Assembly: GCA_965235115.1 (NCBI GenBank)
Contig: OZ249437.1
Location: 6,324,001 to 6,388,000 of the forward strand
DNA from: Laetmonice hystrix
Lineage: Eukaryota
Length of the DNA stretch: 64,000 nucleotides
Reading direction: 5' to 3'
Positions 1 to 11,337 of this stretch are shown here, in pieces. Under the pieces are notes generated by a model, which was not told where the DNA came from, searched no databases, and worked only from the letters and a program-made list of their open reading frames with translations. The first letter of the stretch is position 1, and each line of letters begins with the position of its first letter. Made by a program: the position numbers and the translations under genes.

Positions 1-1131
1 ACGGACATAGCACGCACCATATCAATGTCACACGTTCACCATTCCATGCATGTAGTACCAGCAGTGGCGACGGCTTCGACGGGACGTGCTTTGAAAAAAA
101 TAACGGGTCTGTACGGTGGCTCATACGGACAAACTCATCGAATACATAGAGACATAGTCCTGAGCATAACCTTATTCAAAATTGATGTTCAAATATAATA
201 AACAATAGCCTACATGTGCAATAGGGCCAAATAAGATTGACCAACTATTATCCGAGGGGTTCAGGGATAGTAGTTCAGGGAATGCCGCTATTGTGTCGTT
301 ATTTGATTCAAGTCACACAACCGGCAATGTTGATATGCAATTTTTGAGACATGTCTAAATCCCCCCCCCCCCCCCAAAAAAAATGCACTAGAATTAATTA
401 CCAAAATGCTTCAAACCGTCTTGCACGATAACGATCCGAAGTACAGTACATGATTGTGTGGGATTACACACATCCTTACTGCACACATTGAGGGTATTCC
501 TGCATGCCGATCCTGGAGTCGGGGATGGAGGGAGGGCATTACATCGACAGATGGCGTTAGACCTGGCTGGCCTCATGTCGGCACCTAGCCTATATGACAA
601 TATGACAAACACAGCTGTCTTAAAAAAAACCTATAGGCTTCAAACAGATACCTTTCACAATGCGATGCTAAATAAAAACCGCACTCAGACTAGCTGATCA
701 CGCCGCCTGTCGGGAAAAGGTCTTCATTTGGATAGCCTTACAAATTTTTCTGTTCTCAGCTCCTCGGCTTAAGGATGCTAGCTAGTGAAAAAGCGACGAT
801 AAAGTGTTCTTTTTTTTATTTGCTAGCATGGTTGTTGTGGATTCAGGCAAAGAAAGTGTCCAGGGGCCTGTTGCATAAACAACAAAGATCAGATTTTTCA
901 TGAACAACGACAGTAGCCGTTGCATAAAAATTCGTTCTTGTTCTACGACGTGTCGTAAGTTACGATACCCCGAAATCCTCCAGAATCTGTTGCATAAACT
1001 TTTCGTTGTTCTGACGATGTCGTTCAAGGTGTCTTTATTCCCTTTTCACTGTCGCAAATTACGAACACCAAAAAGGTGTTCGTTAAATCCACCGAAAGTC
1101 TAAAATATTTTTTGGGGGAAGGAAAACAGTC

Positions 1132-1325
1132 ATGGAACGTCATGGGAGAAGACGACGGTTCTTTTCACATATAGATCCCGTCACATACTTCGACTCGGAG
1201 CAGTTTATCCGTCGATATCGCTTAGATAAGCAGTCGGTGGTTTGGCTCAGCCTGGCCTTTGCAGTCCGGCTCCTGCTCTACCGCAGGAGACCGACGCGGA
1301 GGGGGGCTCACCGCACAACAACGGG
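1132..1325 (+). pseudogene. Harbinger/HARBI1-like transposase N-terminal fragment, frameshifted
   Basis: MERHGRRRRFFSHIDPVTYFDSEQFIRRYRLDKQSVVWL resembles the R..F.DR..P...(D/E)..F..RYR(L/F) start of Harbinger transposases. After a frame change, TAGDRRGGGLTAQQRV resembles the T.R..AL...QQV motif. It lies inside the TIR/TSD-bounded element. Confidence 0.6.
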
Positions 1326-1860
1326 TATAAATATCATTTGTTTACATTTCAAAATGAGAAAATTAAGTAAAGACTTAAAATGAATCAAAGTAAAGACTCT
1401 ACTGTTATAGAGGAATATAATTTAATGCCAGCATATGCCCAAAATCCTCCAGAATCTGTTGCATAAACTTTTCGTTGTTCTGACGATGTCGTTTAAGGTG
1501 TCTTTATTCCCTACCTGTTTTATAAACATAGGCCCATATGCCTAAAATAGTAGGCCTAACCTATATTTTTCACTTCAACTTAGATATTTTTTAACACTAC
1601 ACTAGTTAGTATTGGATAAGTGTGGCCTATACATGGACCTTTGGGTCCGGGGGGGGGGGGGGGTTAGACCCCCCCCCTCCCCAGCCAGCCCCCGGTTACG
1701 GGCCTGAGTACTAGTTTTAGAGGAAAAGAATGAGGGGCGGGGTCACCCATCAATTTTAAAGGTTACAGCCTGGTAAACATTCAGCGTCTTGCTGAACATG
1801 GTGATGTGGTAACAACGCGCGGTACTGGGTGGCACTTTGCACACTCCCAATTTCCCTTAA

Positions 1861-2200
1861 AGGTGCTATTCGTCTCGCACAGAATGGTATTTCTCCTATC
1901 ATACATTGTGCACATAGTACTAGAAAAAATTCCTACCGATACCATTGGCCTGATAAACCTTCTATTAGTTTGTGTGCAGCATTTGAAACCTATCTCGGTG
2001 CGCACCGAGATAGAGCCATTTCCTATGGAGGGGCGTGTCAGGGTCTCCACAGGCCTTCTGAGAGAGCCCCATTTGTGCCGTTATCCATGAAAAATTTTGA
2101 TTTCCTTTGTTGTGAATCTATTTACATGATAGGTGGGATCACATAAACGTCAACAAAATTAAAAATAAAAAAATTGAATTTTTGTTCACGAATAGCACCT
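1861..2200. mobile_element. Kolobok-type MITE nested in the Harbinger element
   Basis: 13-bp TIR AGGTGCTATTCGT...ACGAATAGCACCT flanked by TTAA on both sides (1857-1860, 2201-2204). AG...CT termini rather than piggyBac CCC. Confidence 0.75.
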
Positions 2201-2239
2201 TTAAACGCGCGTAGTCAGAGGTTGCAGTATAATAATGAC

Positions 2240-2555
2240 ATACGCCGGAGCCTGGAGTATACCCCCACCAGACTATACCCGGGTATAATCTGGCCTATCC
2301 TAGAGTATACCCGGGGCTATTCTGGGCTAGCCCCCTGGGTACAAACTAGGCTAGCCCAGATTAGGCCTATACCCCCCCCCCCCACACCCATATACAAATC
2401 CCACATACAATTTTAAAACAAGAAGTTGGTATGTAGTTATTCCGATTAAAACATCTAAAAACTGTATGAAATAAACTTGTGGATATTCTACCATGGGGGT
2501 ATAATCTGGCCTGGGGGGGTATACTTTGGGCTAGCCTGGTTTATACCCGGGGGGT
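2240..2555. repeat. Repeat-rich insert (GGGTATAATCTGGCCT / TATACCC / GGGCTAGCC motifs), probable MITE fragment
   Basis: Short motifs recur in direct and inverted orientation. No clear TSD. Confidence 0.4.
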
Positions 2556-3274
2556 CAGGTCAGGGGTCACTGAAACGGCAGTAGGGAGGACCCAGGGTGT
2601 GGCAGAGGTTGAATGAAGTGAACGATCTCTGTCATGGAGAGTGCTGCCAGCCAGCACCTGGCCTAACATAGCGGATGCGTCTGGTAGGCAGGGGACCAGG
2701 CTACGACAGAAAACATCGTTCCAGCAAGAAATCAACGATGGACTTTATGCAACAGAATCTACGACATGTCGTTACCATTGTCGTACGGTCAACGAACATC
2801 TACCCATTTTTCGTTATTGTACTGTCGTTGATTGTGCAACAGGCCCCAGGTTAGTTTTTGTCTGAATACGCCCCTGTCGCCGCCGCCAGAGGCAGCACCA
2901 GTCTCCTGCCAACCTCCTAAAGTCAGAAGTTCTTGGCGAAACGTGACCTCTGAGAAGTTAATTCCTATTTCCACGGGAATGCTAAGAGTAAAAAGGAATT
3001 CACCAGCCGCAAGGAAAACTGGCTCTTAAAACTGCAACATTGCCATCATTAAGATAAAGAAAGTAGATCCCAGATGGCGCTTCTCCATAATAGATACGGA
3101 CGGGAAGGGCCGAAGGGAGGATAAAGGGATTGTCGAGATCAGGTGGCCCACAGTTTTACACGATTGTACTTCTAGTCGACAGTCGTTTTAACCAACCGTG
3201 AAAGTGCGCGTCGCGTGCGATGGGCCGTAATTACTGTGCGTGTATCCATGTTTTCCAGCGCAATGGGTACTTTA

Positions 3275-3456
3275 GGGGTGAAGGGTGACTGATCCACTAG
3301 GCGTTTAGTGATGGCACCGTGTGGGGTGGGGGGGGGGGGGGTGAAGGGTGACTGATCCACTAGGCGTTTAGTGATGGCACCGTGTGGGGTGGGGGGGGGG
3401 GGTGAAGGGTGACTGATCCACTAGGCGTTTAGTGATGGCACCGTGTGGGGTGGGGG
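3275..3456. repeat. Tandem repeat, about 62-bp unit, 3 copies
   Basis: GAAGGGTGACTGATCCACTAGGCGTTTAGTGATGGCACCGTGTGGGGTG(G)n recurs at about 3280, 3343 and 3404. Confidence 0.95.
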
Positions 3457-6400
3457 ACATGTCAGCAGAGTGTCCTTGATCGTGACGATGGTATACAGCA
3501 ATGTTCTAAACACCAGCGTTCTAGCGATGGTGGTGAATCATCCGAAACCATGCATATTTCTTATCTTAGCAGAGACTGCCACGGTCTGAGCTGTGCGTGA
3601 AATATTGTTACATCACAGATCTGTAGTGGCATGTAAATATTTCAGAATGCCTTGTAATATAACCGCTACGGAATCGTCTCGATTTGAACGAGTCGTACCA
3701 CGGATTCTAACCCCTCTTATACCCTCCTGATGGCCCCTGTAATACCCCTCTTGTTGGGGGGGGGGGGGGGTAGGAGTTTCGTAAATAAGAAACAAGATAT
3801 AGGCTTCTCCATTCCTGTATCAAACACTTCGTCCTCACAAAACAATAGTATCAGATACAAATGTACTTTATCTGACTCGGGGTTATCGGAGCTGCATATC
3901 TCATAACGTTCTGGTGGTTCATACCTGAGAATGACGTCTGTAGCTCTAAGGCATCGTGATGGAAGCCATCTCAGACTTATAGCTTACATCTTCTGATTTG
4001 GTGCCAGTTTTACCGTTTATAACGTATATAACTGTATCTTCATCTATCGTTAAGTTGCGGCACGAAACTGTCAACGTCAATCTACCTTCGAATATCAAGA
4101 CGGAGCAATTCGACGCGCGGACGCATAAAAAATGGCGTCGCTAAGTAGTCGACAACTGCAAAACGTGGCTTTGATAGCAGCCGTAAAACTGCGGGTGGAC
4201 GACGTCATTTCACGTGCTGCGGTTGAAGACGAGCAACCAGTAATTACCTGTTGGGACTCTTTTCTTTCGTTATTTATTTATTATAAGAGGAAATTCTGAC
4301 GTTTGTGGAGCATGTTTTCCACAAGACGATGTCGATTGGTCTGGGTGACTTGGAAGAGGACATTTCTGACAAAAGAGATTTCAGCTGCGCCAGGGTTCTA
4401 TATTTAGATCTCCACTGGTTTGCCTGCAGTGAAAGCGTTGAAATCCCAGGACTCTCTGTCAAAGCATATAAAATGTAACACGACTATCAGGATAAGGACC
4501 TTGTCTGCACTCGCTTGAATCTCGGTTAAGATAGGTCCTCGAACACCATTAGTGCAGCTTTTTGGTTCAACTTGGCATCGAATTCCATCATCTCAAAACG
4601 TTATTGCTCTAGACTTTAAAATAGAAAATATCAAGTCTTGTAGAGTGAAAAAAAGGAAGCGAACTCTCCCATATTTTTAAGGACATAATAATCAGCACAA
4701 TGTAACTTGTGCATTGTTGGTATTATGTTTCCATTCCTAGAATCCTAGAATCCAGCCGTATTATGGAACCTAGACGCCATATGAAACTGACTCCCGCTTT
4801 AAGACGTATGCGGGCGCTCATAATGCCCGCACCAAGAAGGCATAATCACAAAACCTTAATTCTACACGTCATATGGTGGCTTAATACTTGTTTATCTAGC
4901 TACGGAAAACTAATTTTAAAATGTCCAATACATTTTTAATATAGTTTATTGATGGCACCACGTGATACGTTGTCGTATATTGACGGACATGCGTTTCTAT
5001 CCGTTTTTGTTATGAGATAGCCTCAACTTCGACCAAAAAGTATCAATTTCCATCCTGACGCTGCTGTTTAGTTATGGTGACGCTGCTAGTTCATGCACGC
5101 GCATAGTGTGCCGGGCTATAGAAGCAATAAAAGACGACTGAAACGGTCTGCCTAAACCTCTCACCGCCAACCACCGTCACGTCACAGTCGGGGAAACCAT
5201 TAAAAATCCATGGCCTTAAAGAATCCTCAACCTGTGTGGTTCTAATAAATACATATTCACGTCAGCTACAGATGAACCTACACGTAAAATAGGACTAACC
5301 GGAGCTCAGGCACGAGACAAGTGCGCACGGTTGTTGTGGCTGTTGAGCTAAGATTGGTATATTTATGTAGTCATTGAGGAACGATGTTGCCACTACAGTT
5401 TTCGTCAAAACAGGCTGGGACAATATATGAATGACCCTGAGCTATGCGCTTACTGAATGCTTCATTGGTTCAAAGAGTTCTTCATCAGTTCAACATGTTC
5501 TGCTTCTCTAGAATCCTGCCGACACAATAATCAGACTTGTCCACCTAAACATGGCATATTTCTCGGATCATTACGAACACCTGTAATGGCTGACGTGAGG
5601 AGAAGGTACCATTACCGATATTTGTATATACTACTTACGTCACGCAAGCGGTGTCTCGTGTGCTATAGTTGATATGTCACCCGGGTATAATGATCAACAC
5701 GTATGTAAGGAGCCGGCAAACATATGTACCACCGGCTGTCATCATATACGGTGTACATCATCCGGCAATTCATGGAATTCGTCGTTTTGACTGGTACAAA
5801 ATATATACATAAACCATAACACTTGGTGTTGTACTTTCGCATCTGATTTTCGAAGTGTTTATATTAACGGAGCAGGTTTGCTTGGTTCGGTACGAAGGGT
5901 TAAATGTATATATGTGATCAAGATAGAATGGTATCGATTGCTGACGGTAGCTGATAGTTCACGGTACATCGACCCCGTACCCAGCGGGGTGAAGAAAACC
6001 AAAGCGATCGGAGACATCGCTCGCTGCACGCGCCGCACGCGTCGCGCGCGCTACTCTGACGTTGTCAAGGTGCGGGGGGCATAGAACAAAAGCCGACCGT
6101 GAGCCGAAATTACCGTCTCCGAATCGAATGTCATGCAATCCAGGTCAAGTACTACAGGGTTCATCTCCGAGACACCGTGTCTGTGGGCTGGGTTAAAGTG
6201 TTGCGTGCCAGTGGCGAGGCAATTAAAAAAAAGATGCCATGAAGTTCTTTGGGAATAACTACCCCGACCTGGCACGTTGTAAAAGGGATAAAGATCAGAG
6301 GGTGGCGGGGGGAAATGACTTGGCGACATTAAAGAATTGGAATCTATATGATGTTGCGTTTTCTCCGATTCAGAGAGAGTCGACATCAGATGAGAAGGCT

Positions 6401-8204
6401 GAGATTGAGGCAAGAGATTGCATGTACGAGTCGACCAGCCAACCTCAGCCCTCACCCCCCTCAAACCGGCATCGTGTCCAACTGACCTGGATGCTGAGAG
6501 TTTATTCACCAAACATTCATGTAATGACCCACCTATAAGAACCCCCTCCCGGGCAGCTCGATCAGTGCTGACCCACCGACATGCTCGGGATGATGACGTC
6601 GCTGAATCTATAGTTTGAACTGTTGGCCGAGTGTGTTGAGATCGGTAAGGGTGAGTATGACACGGGATCCACACGGTCAGAACCGGACTGGGCCATGCAG
6701 GGTGCACGTGGCGTCCATACTGAGGACGCTGGTCGAGCGCGCAGTGCACGTGCCTGGGAGGCGACCAGGACCCTTTACCCCAGTCTGTCCTCACCCCAAC
6801 CCCCCTGGGGGGTTAAGACGGGGGAGGTGGCCGTGCCGGTGTCACTCGGGGTGAACGCGTTGCTTTTTTTAAATCTTGGGCACAGATGAGGCTGCGCAGC
6901 GAGCCGAGGGGGATACGGACCTTGGGGTCGGTCATGGCGCCGGGCACCCTCCCCGCATCCCTCCTCACCCCGGCCCTTCAACCCCCCAACCCCATCCCCG
7001 AGGTATCCCCACTCACCTCCCCTGTGATCCCACGGCCCTCCCCCAGCCCGTATCCACTGGGACCCGGCGCCCCGGGAGATGCTCGACCAATTGGGCCGCC
7101 GAGGCCAGCCATGTCCACCGTCTGCATTAACTCCCTCCGACTGAACATCAATTGCATCTCGGCTCTGGCCGCTGCGTGAACACCACCGAGGTCGGGTTGC
7201 CGACCCGTGTTCGGTAAACCCCAGAACGGGTATTATTCTCACGACGGCAAATATGATCATATTGACGCAAGAGGCTTCGGATTCAACTCTCCGGGCTGGA
7301 ACCAACACGGATTTTTTATTTCCTTCCGGGGGGTAATCGTAGGGATAACGGACACCTAGACTTTTGTTGATGTCAAGTCAACTGTTCTTTGTGACTGCAA
7401 TCAGCTAAGTTTGGAGTTGTAGCCTGGATACCCTTACAACAACAGCGGCCACCCTCCCCAATCCGTTTACCCCCTACCCAACCCCACCTCCACCTCCCAT
7501 GCCTTCTGTTATTCCTCTCTCGTGTCTTACCCTCTCCCCGCGAGCTGTAATTGGCCGAAGCCCAAGTTGAGGCCCAGGGGTCCGCTCACCGTAAAGTGGG
7601 GCGGGCGAGCTGCCAGTCGCCTGGTCGCAATACCCGACCGCAGGCAGTGCCGACCAATTGCCTGTCCACTTATTGGGTGTCTGCTTGGAGGCCGGGCCAC
7701 CGTCTTGGCCACCTCTGATGGCAGCCAGCGGGGCCGCGCCCAACTGTCCATCCGAGTTCTTTGTGATCGCCCACCCCTCGAACTCATCCAAACCAACACC
7801 GTCGGCCCGCCGCGCTCGTACATGACGAGGGCAATGGAGGTCAACCACAGACTTTCTCAACTTGATTGAAAACTTCGATGGTGTGCAGAGTCTAACGTTT
7901 CATAGTTAACCTTTATTAGTTCATCTTTTGAAAATAATACACCGACTCGAGATTTCATCGGGCTTAATATGGGGGCGGGGTGGGGTGACGCTACATGAAG
8001 GAGTCTATAACGGTACTATGGTCTACTGATACGAGAACTAAGAATGATGGTGGCCATGTATTTCTATATCAAATCAAATCTATATGCACGGATGTGAATT
8101 AATTGATCGACTTAAAGTAATCATTTACTTTCGTCTACTTGATAACTGTACTTCAGATTCTTTCTCGAGTATTATACCCAACAGGAAACAACCTGTATGT
8201 AGGA

Positions 8205-9975
8205 CGTGGCATATAGGACGTACCTCACCGCCCACAGATACTAGCTTGAGAAACGTGGCATATAGGACGTACCTCACCGCCCACAGATACTAGCTTGAGG
8301 AACGTGGTATAGGACTAACGTACCTCACCGCCCACAGATACTAGCTTGAGGAACGTGGTATAGGACTGACGTACCTCACCGCCCACAGATACTAGCTTGA
8401 GAAACGTGGCATAAGACTGACGTACCTCACCGCCCACAGATACTAGCTTGAGAAACGTGGCATAGGACTGACGTACCTCACCGCCCACAGATACTAGCTT
8501 GAGAAACGTGGCATAGGACTGACGTACCTCACCGCCCACAGATACTAGCTTGAGAAACGTGGTATAGGACTAACGTACCTCACCGCCCACAGATACTAGC
8601 TTGAGAAACGTGGCATAGGACTGACGTACCTCACCGCCCACAGATACTAGCTTGAGAAACGTGGCATAGGACTGACGTACCTCATCGCCCACAGATACTA
8701 GCTTGAGAAACGTGGCATAGGACTGACGTACCTCACCGCCCACAGATACTAGCTTGAGAAACGTGGCATAGGACTGACGTACCTCACCGCCCACAGATAC
8801 TAGCTTGAGAAACGTGGTATAGGACTAACGTACCTCACCGCCCACAGATACTAGCTTGAGAAACGTGGCATAGGACTGACGTACCTCACCGCCCACAGAT
8901 ACTAGCTTGAGAAACGTGGCATAGGACTGACGTACCTCATCGCCCACAGATACTAGCTTGAGAAACGTGGCATAGGACTGACGTACCTCACCGCCCACAG
9001 ATACTAGCTTGAGAAACGTGGCATAAGACTGACGTACCTCACCGCCCACAGATACTAGCTTGAGAAACGTGGCATAGGACTAACGTACCTCACCGCCCAC
9101 AGATACTAGCTTGAGAAACGTGGCATAGGACTGACGTACCTCACCGCCCACAGATACTAGCTTGAGAAACGTGGCATAGGACTGACGTACCTCATCGCCC
9201 ACAGATACTAGCTTGAGAAACGTGGTATAGGACTAACGTACCTCACCGCCCACAGGTACTAGCTTGAGAAACGTGGCATAGGACTAACGTACCTCATGGC
9301 CCACAGATACTAGCTTGAGAAACGTGGTATAGGACTAACGTACCTCATGGCCCACAGATACTAGCTTGAGAAACGTGGTATAGGACTAACGTACCTCATG
9401 GCCCACAGATACTAGCTTGAGAAACGTGGCATAGGACTAACGTACCTCACCGCCCACAGATACTAGCTTGAGAAACGTGGTATAGGACTGACGTACCTCA
9501 TCGCCCACAGATACTAGCTTGAGAAACGTGGCATAGGACTGACGTACCTCATCGCCCACAGATACTAGCTTGAGAAACGTGGCATAGGACTAACGTACCT
9601 CACCGCCCACAGATACTAGCTTGAGAAACGTGGCATAGGACTGACGTACCTCATGGCCCACAGATACTAGCTTGAGAAACGTAGCATAGGTCTAAGGTAC
9701 CTCATGGCCCACAGATATTAGCTTGAGAAACGTGGCATAGGACTAACGTACCTCATGGCCCACAGATACTAGCTTGAGAAACGTGGCAAAGGACTGACGT
9801 ACCTCATGGCCCACAGATACTAGCTTGAGAAACGTGGCATAGGACTAACGTACGTCATCGCCCACAGATACTAGCTTGAGAAACGTGGCATAGGACTAAC
9901 GTACGTCATCGCCCACAGATACTAGCTTGAGAAACGTGGCGTAGGACTAACGTACGTCATCGCCCACAGATACTG
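8205..9975. repeat. Minisatellite, 51-bp unit, about 35 copies
   Basis: Unit GTACCTCACCGCCCACAGATACTAGCTTGAGAAACGTGGCATAGGACTGAC. The repeated 74-aa minus-strand ORFs are translations of this array. Confidence 0.97.
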
Positions 9976-10140
9976 GAGGGGGGGGGGAGATAGTGAGTGA
10001 GTGAGTGAGTAGGTGGAGGGGGGGAGATATAGTGAGTGAGTAGTTGGAGGGGGAGGGAGATAGTGAGTGAGAGACTGAGTGAGTGAGTAGGTGGAGGGAG
10101 GGGGGGGGGGGGGAGATAGTGAGTGAGTGCGTGGGTGGGT
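9976..10140. repeat. Low-complexity (GAGT)n / G-run repeat
   Basis: GAGATAGTGAGTGAGT...GGAGGGGG units. Confidence 0.85.
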
Positions 10141-11337
10141 ATAAAAGGATACCGTTGAATACAACAATATTGATTTGGTTTGGTGTCACACACATGGAGT
10201 ACGTACACAACTATAGCTACGACTGCTAACAATGCAGTTATCCTCTTTCGCCATCGCTCTACTGTTGCCTGATATCATCGGTTATGTGCCTCGAGGCGTG
10301 CAATCTGATCACTGGCCGATCCCACTATAATACTATCCGTGCCTACTCTACCTGAGGCCTTACGAATCACAATATCATCGGCAGAGTTAGCAAACCATGC
10401 AGAAATGTTCGAATCATTACAAGGTAAAACGACCTTGACGACTTTGCTATAGTTCTCAGATCGTATTCCTTCTTTCTATATAAAAGAATGAAAGGGGTAG
10501 GTAGGATGGACCCCCCCCCCCCGAGTTAGGTACAAGTGGAATTTGCCAGCTCCTTGGTATTTTCCAATAGCTTTATGTTTTCTTTTTATTTTATTGATTG
10601 ATCGATTTATTTATTTAATTATTTATTAGGTTGGTGGATTTTCTGCCCATTTTCAAAATTTGGAGGATTTTCCTTGTTACTTTGGCCACAACTTAGCATT
10701 TTGTCCTTTAATTCTAAGCTCCTCAGAAATTCTTAGAAAAGAACTCGATTATTGCAATTTCGTGCCTGCATGACAGAACACCCATTAAGCCGTCCATAGC
10801 TCAGCTAATCGCTGCAGAAATAGACTTATAATACTGAAAGAAGATTAGCCTGTCACTGGCTGACAATCATGAACAATTTGTAAGTAATCAGCTTGACTTT
10901 TTACTTTCCACTTTTCCTTATTTATACAGCTGTTTTAACAACTTTTTTCATTTGTAATTTATTACACAAAAGATCTAAAGATAGACCCGTATTGGAGATG
11001 ATAAGATAGACAAATTATAATAAAGCAATATGTGGGAATAGATAATAGAATGGCAGGCTCTATAGAAATCTTCTCGATAAAATGATTTTACGAGCAGAGA
11101 GGGCATTGTGTTTCTTCTGATCACGAATATAGTTATTATTCTCTGATAAGCTTTACTATAAAGGGGGGAGAGGTCATGCAGTGAATTTCTATTACCACAG
11201 CTAACCGTGAGGCGTCAATTTACTATAAGCATAGATGTATAAAGTAACTTAGGCTAACAGGACAATGCGAGATTTTCTTTGTTGGGACTGAGCAAATCTA
11301 TTCTGTCCAGGGCCGATACATCCAGGAGTTTGCAACT

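Larger units (their letters stand above)
864..2846 (+). mobile_element. Non-autonomous PIF/Harbinger DNA transposon with transposase 5' remnant and nested insertions
   Basis: 12-bp TIRs GGGCCTGTTGCA (864) and TGCAACAGGCCC (ends 2846), each flanked by CAG (861-863, 2847-2849), a 3-bp CWG TSD. Subterminal TGTTGCATAAA motifs on the left and inverted copies on the right. Contains a Harbinger-like transposase N-terminus. Confidence 0.8.

Noticed and set aside
409-435. VLHDNDPKYST, resembling the Tc1 DNDPKH motif
   Set aside because: An immediate stop follows, and there is no WPSQSPDLNPIE-like continuation or TIRs.
4280-5900. Possible Polinton/viral ATPase or capsid remnants
   Set aside because: The frames I translated are full of stops and show no convincing motif.
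8315-9049. Three 74-aa ORFs with 17-aa repeats
   Set aside because: Translations of a 51-bp minisatellite, broken by TAG variants.
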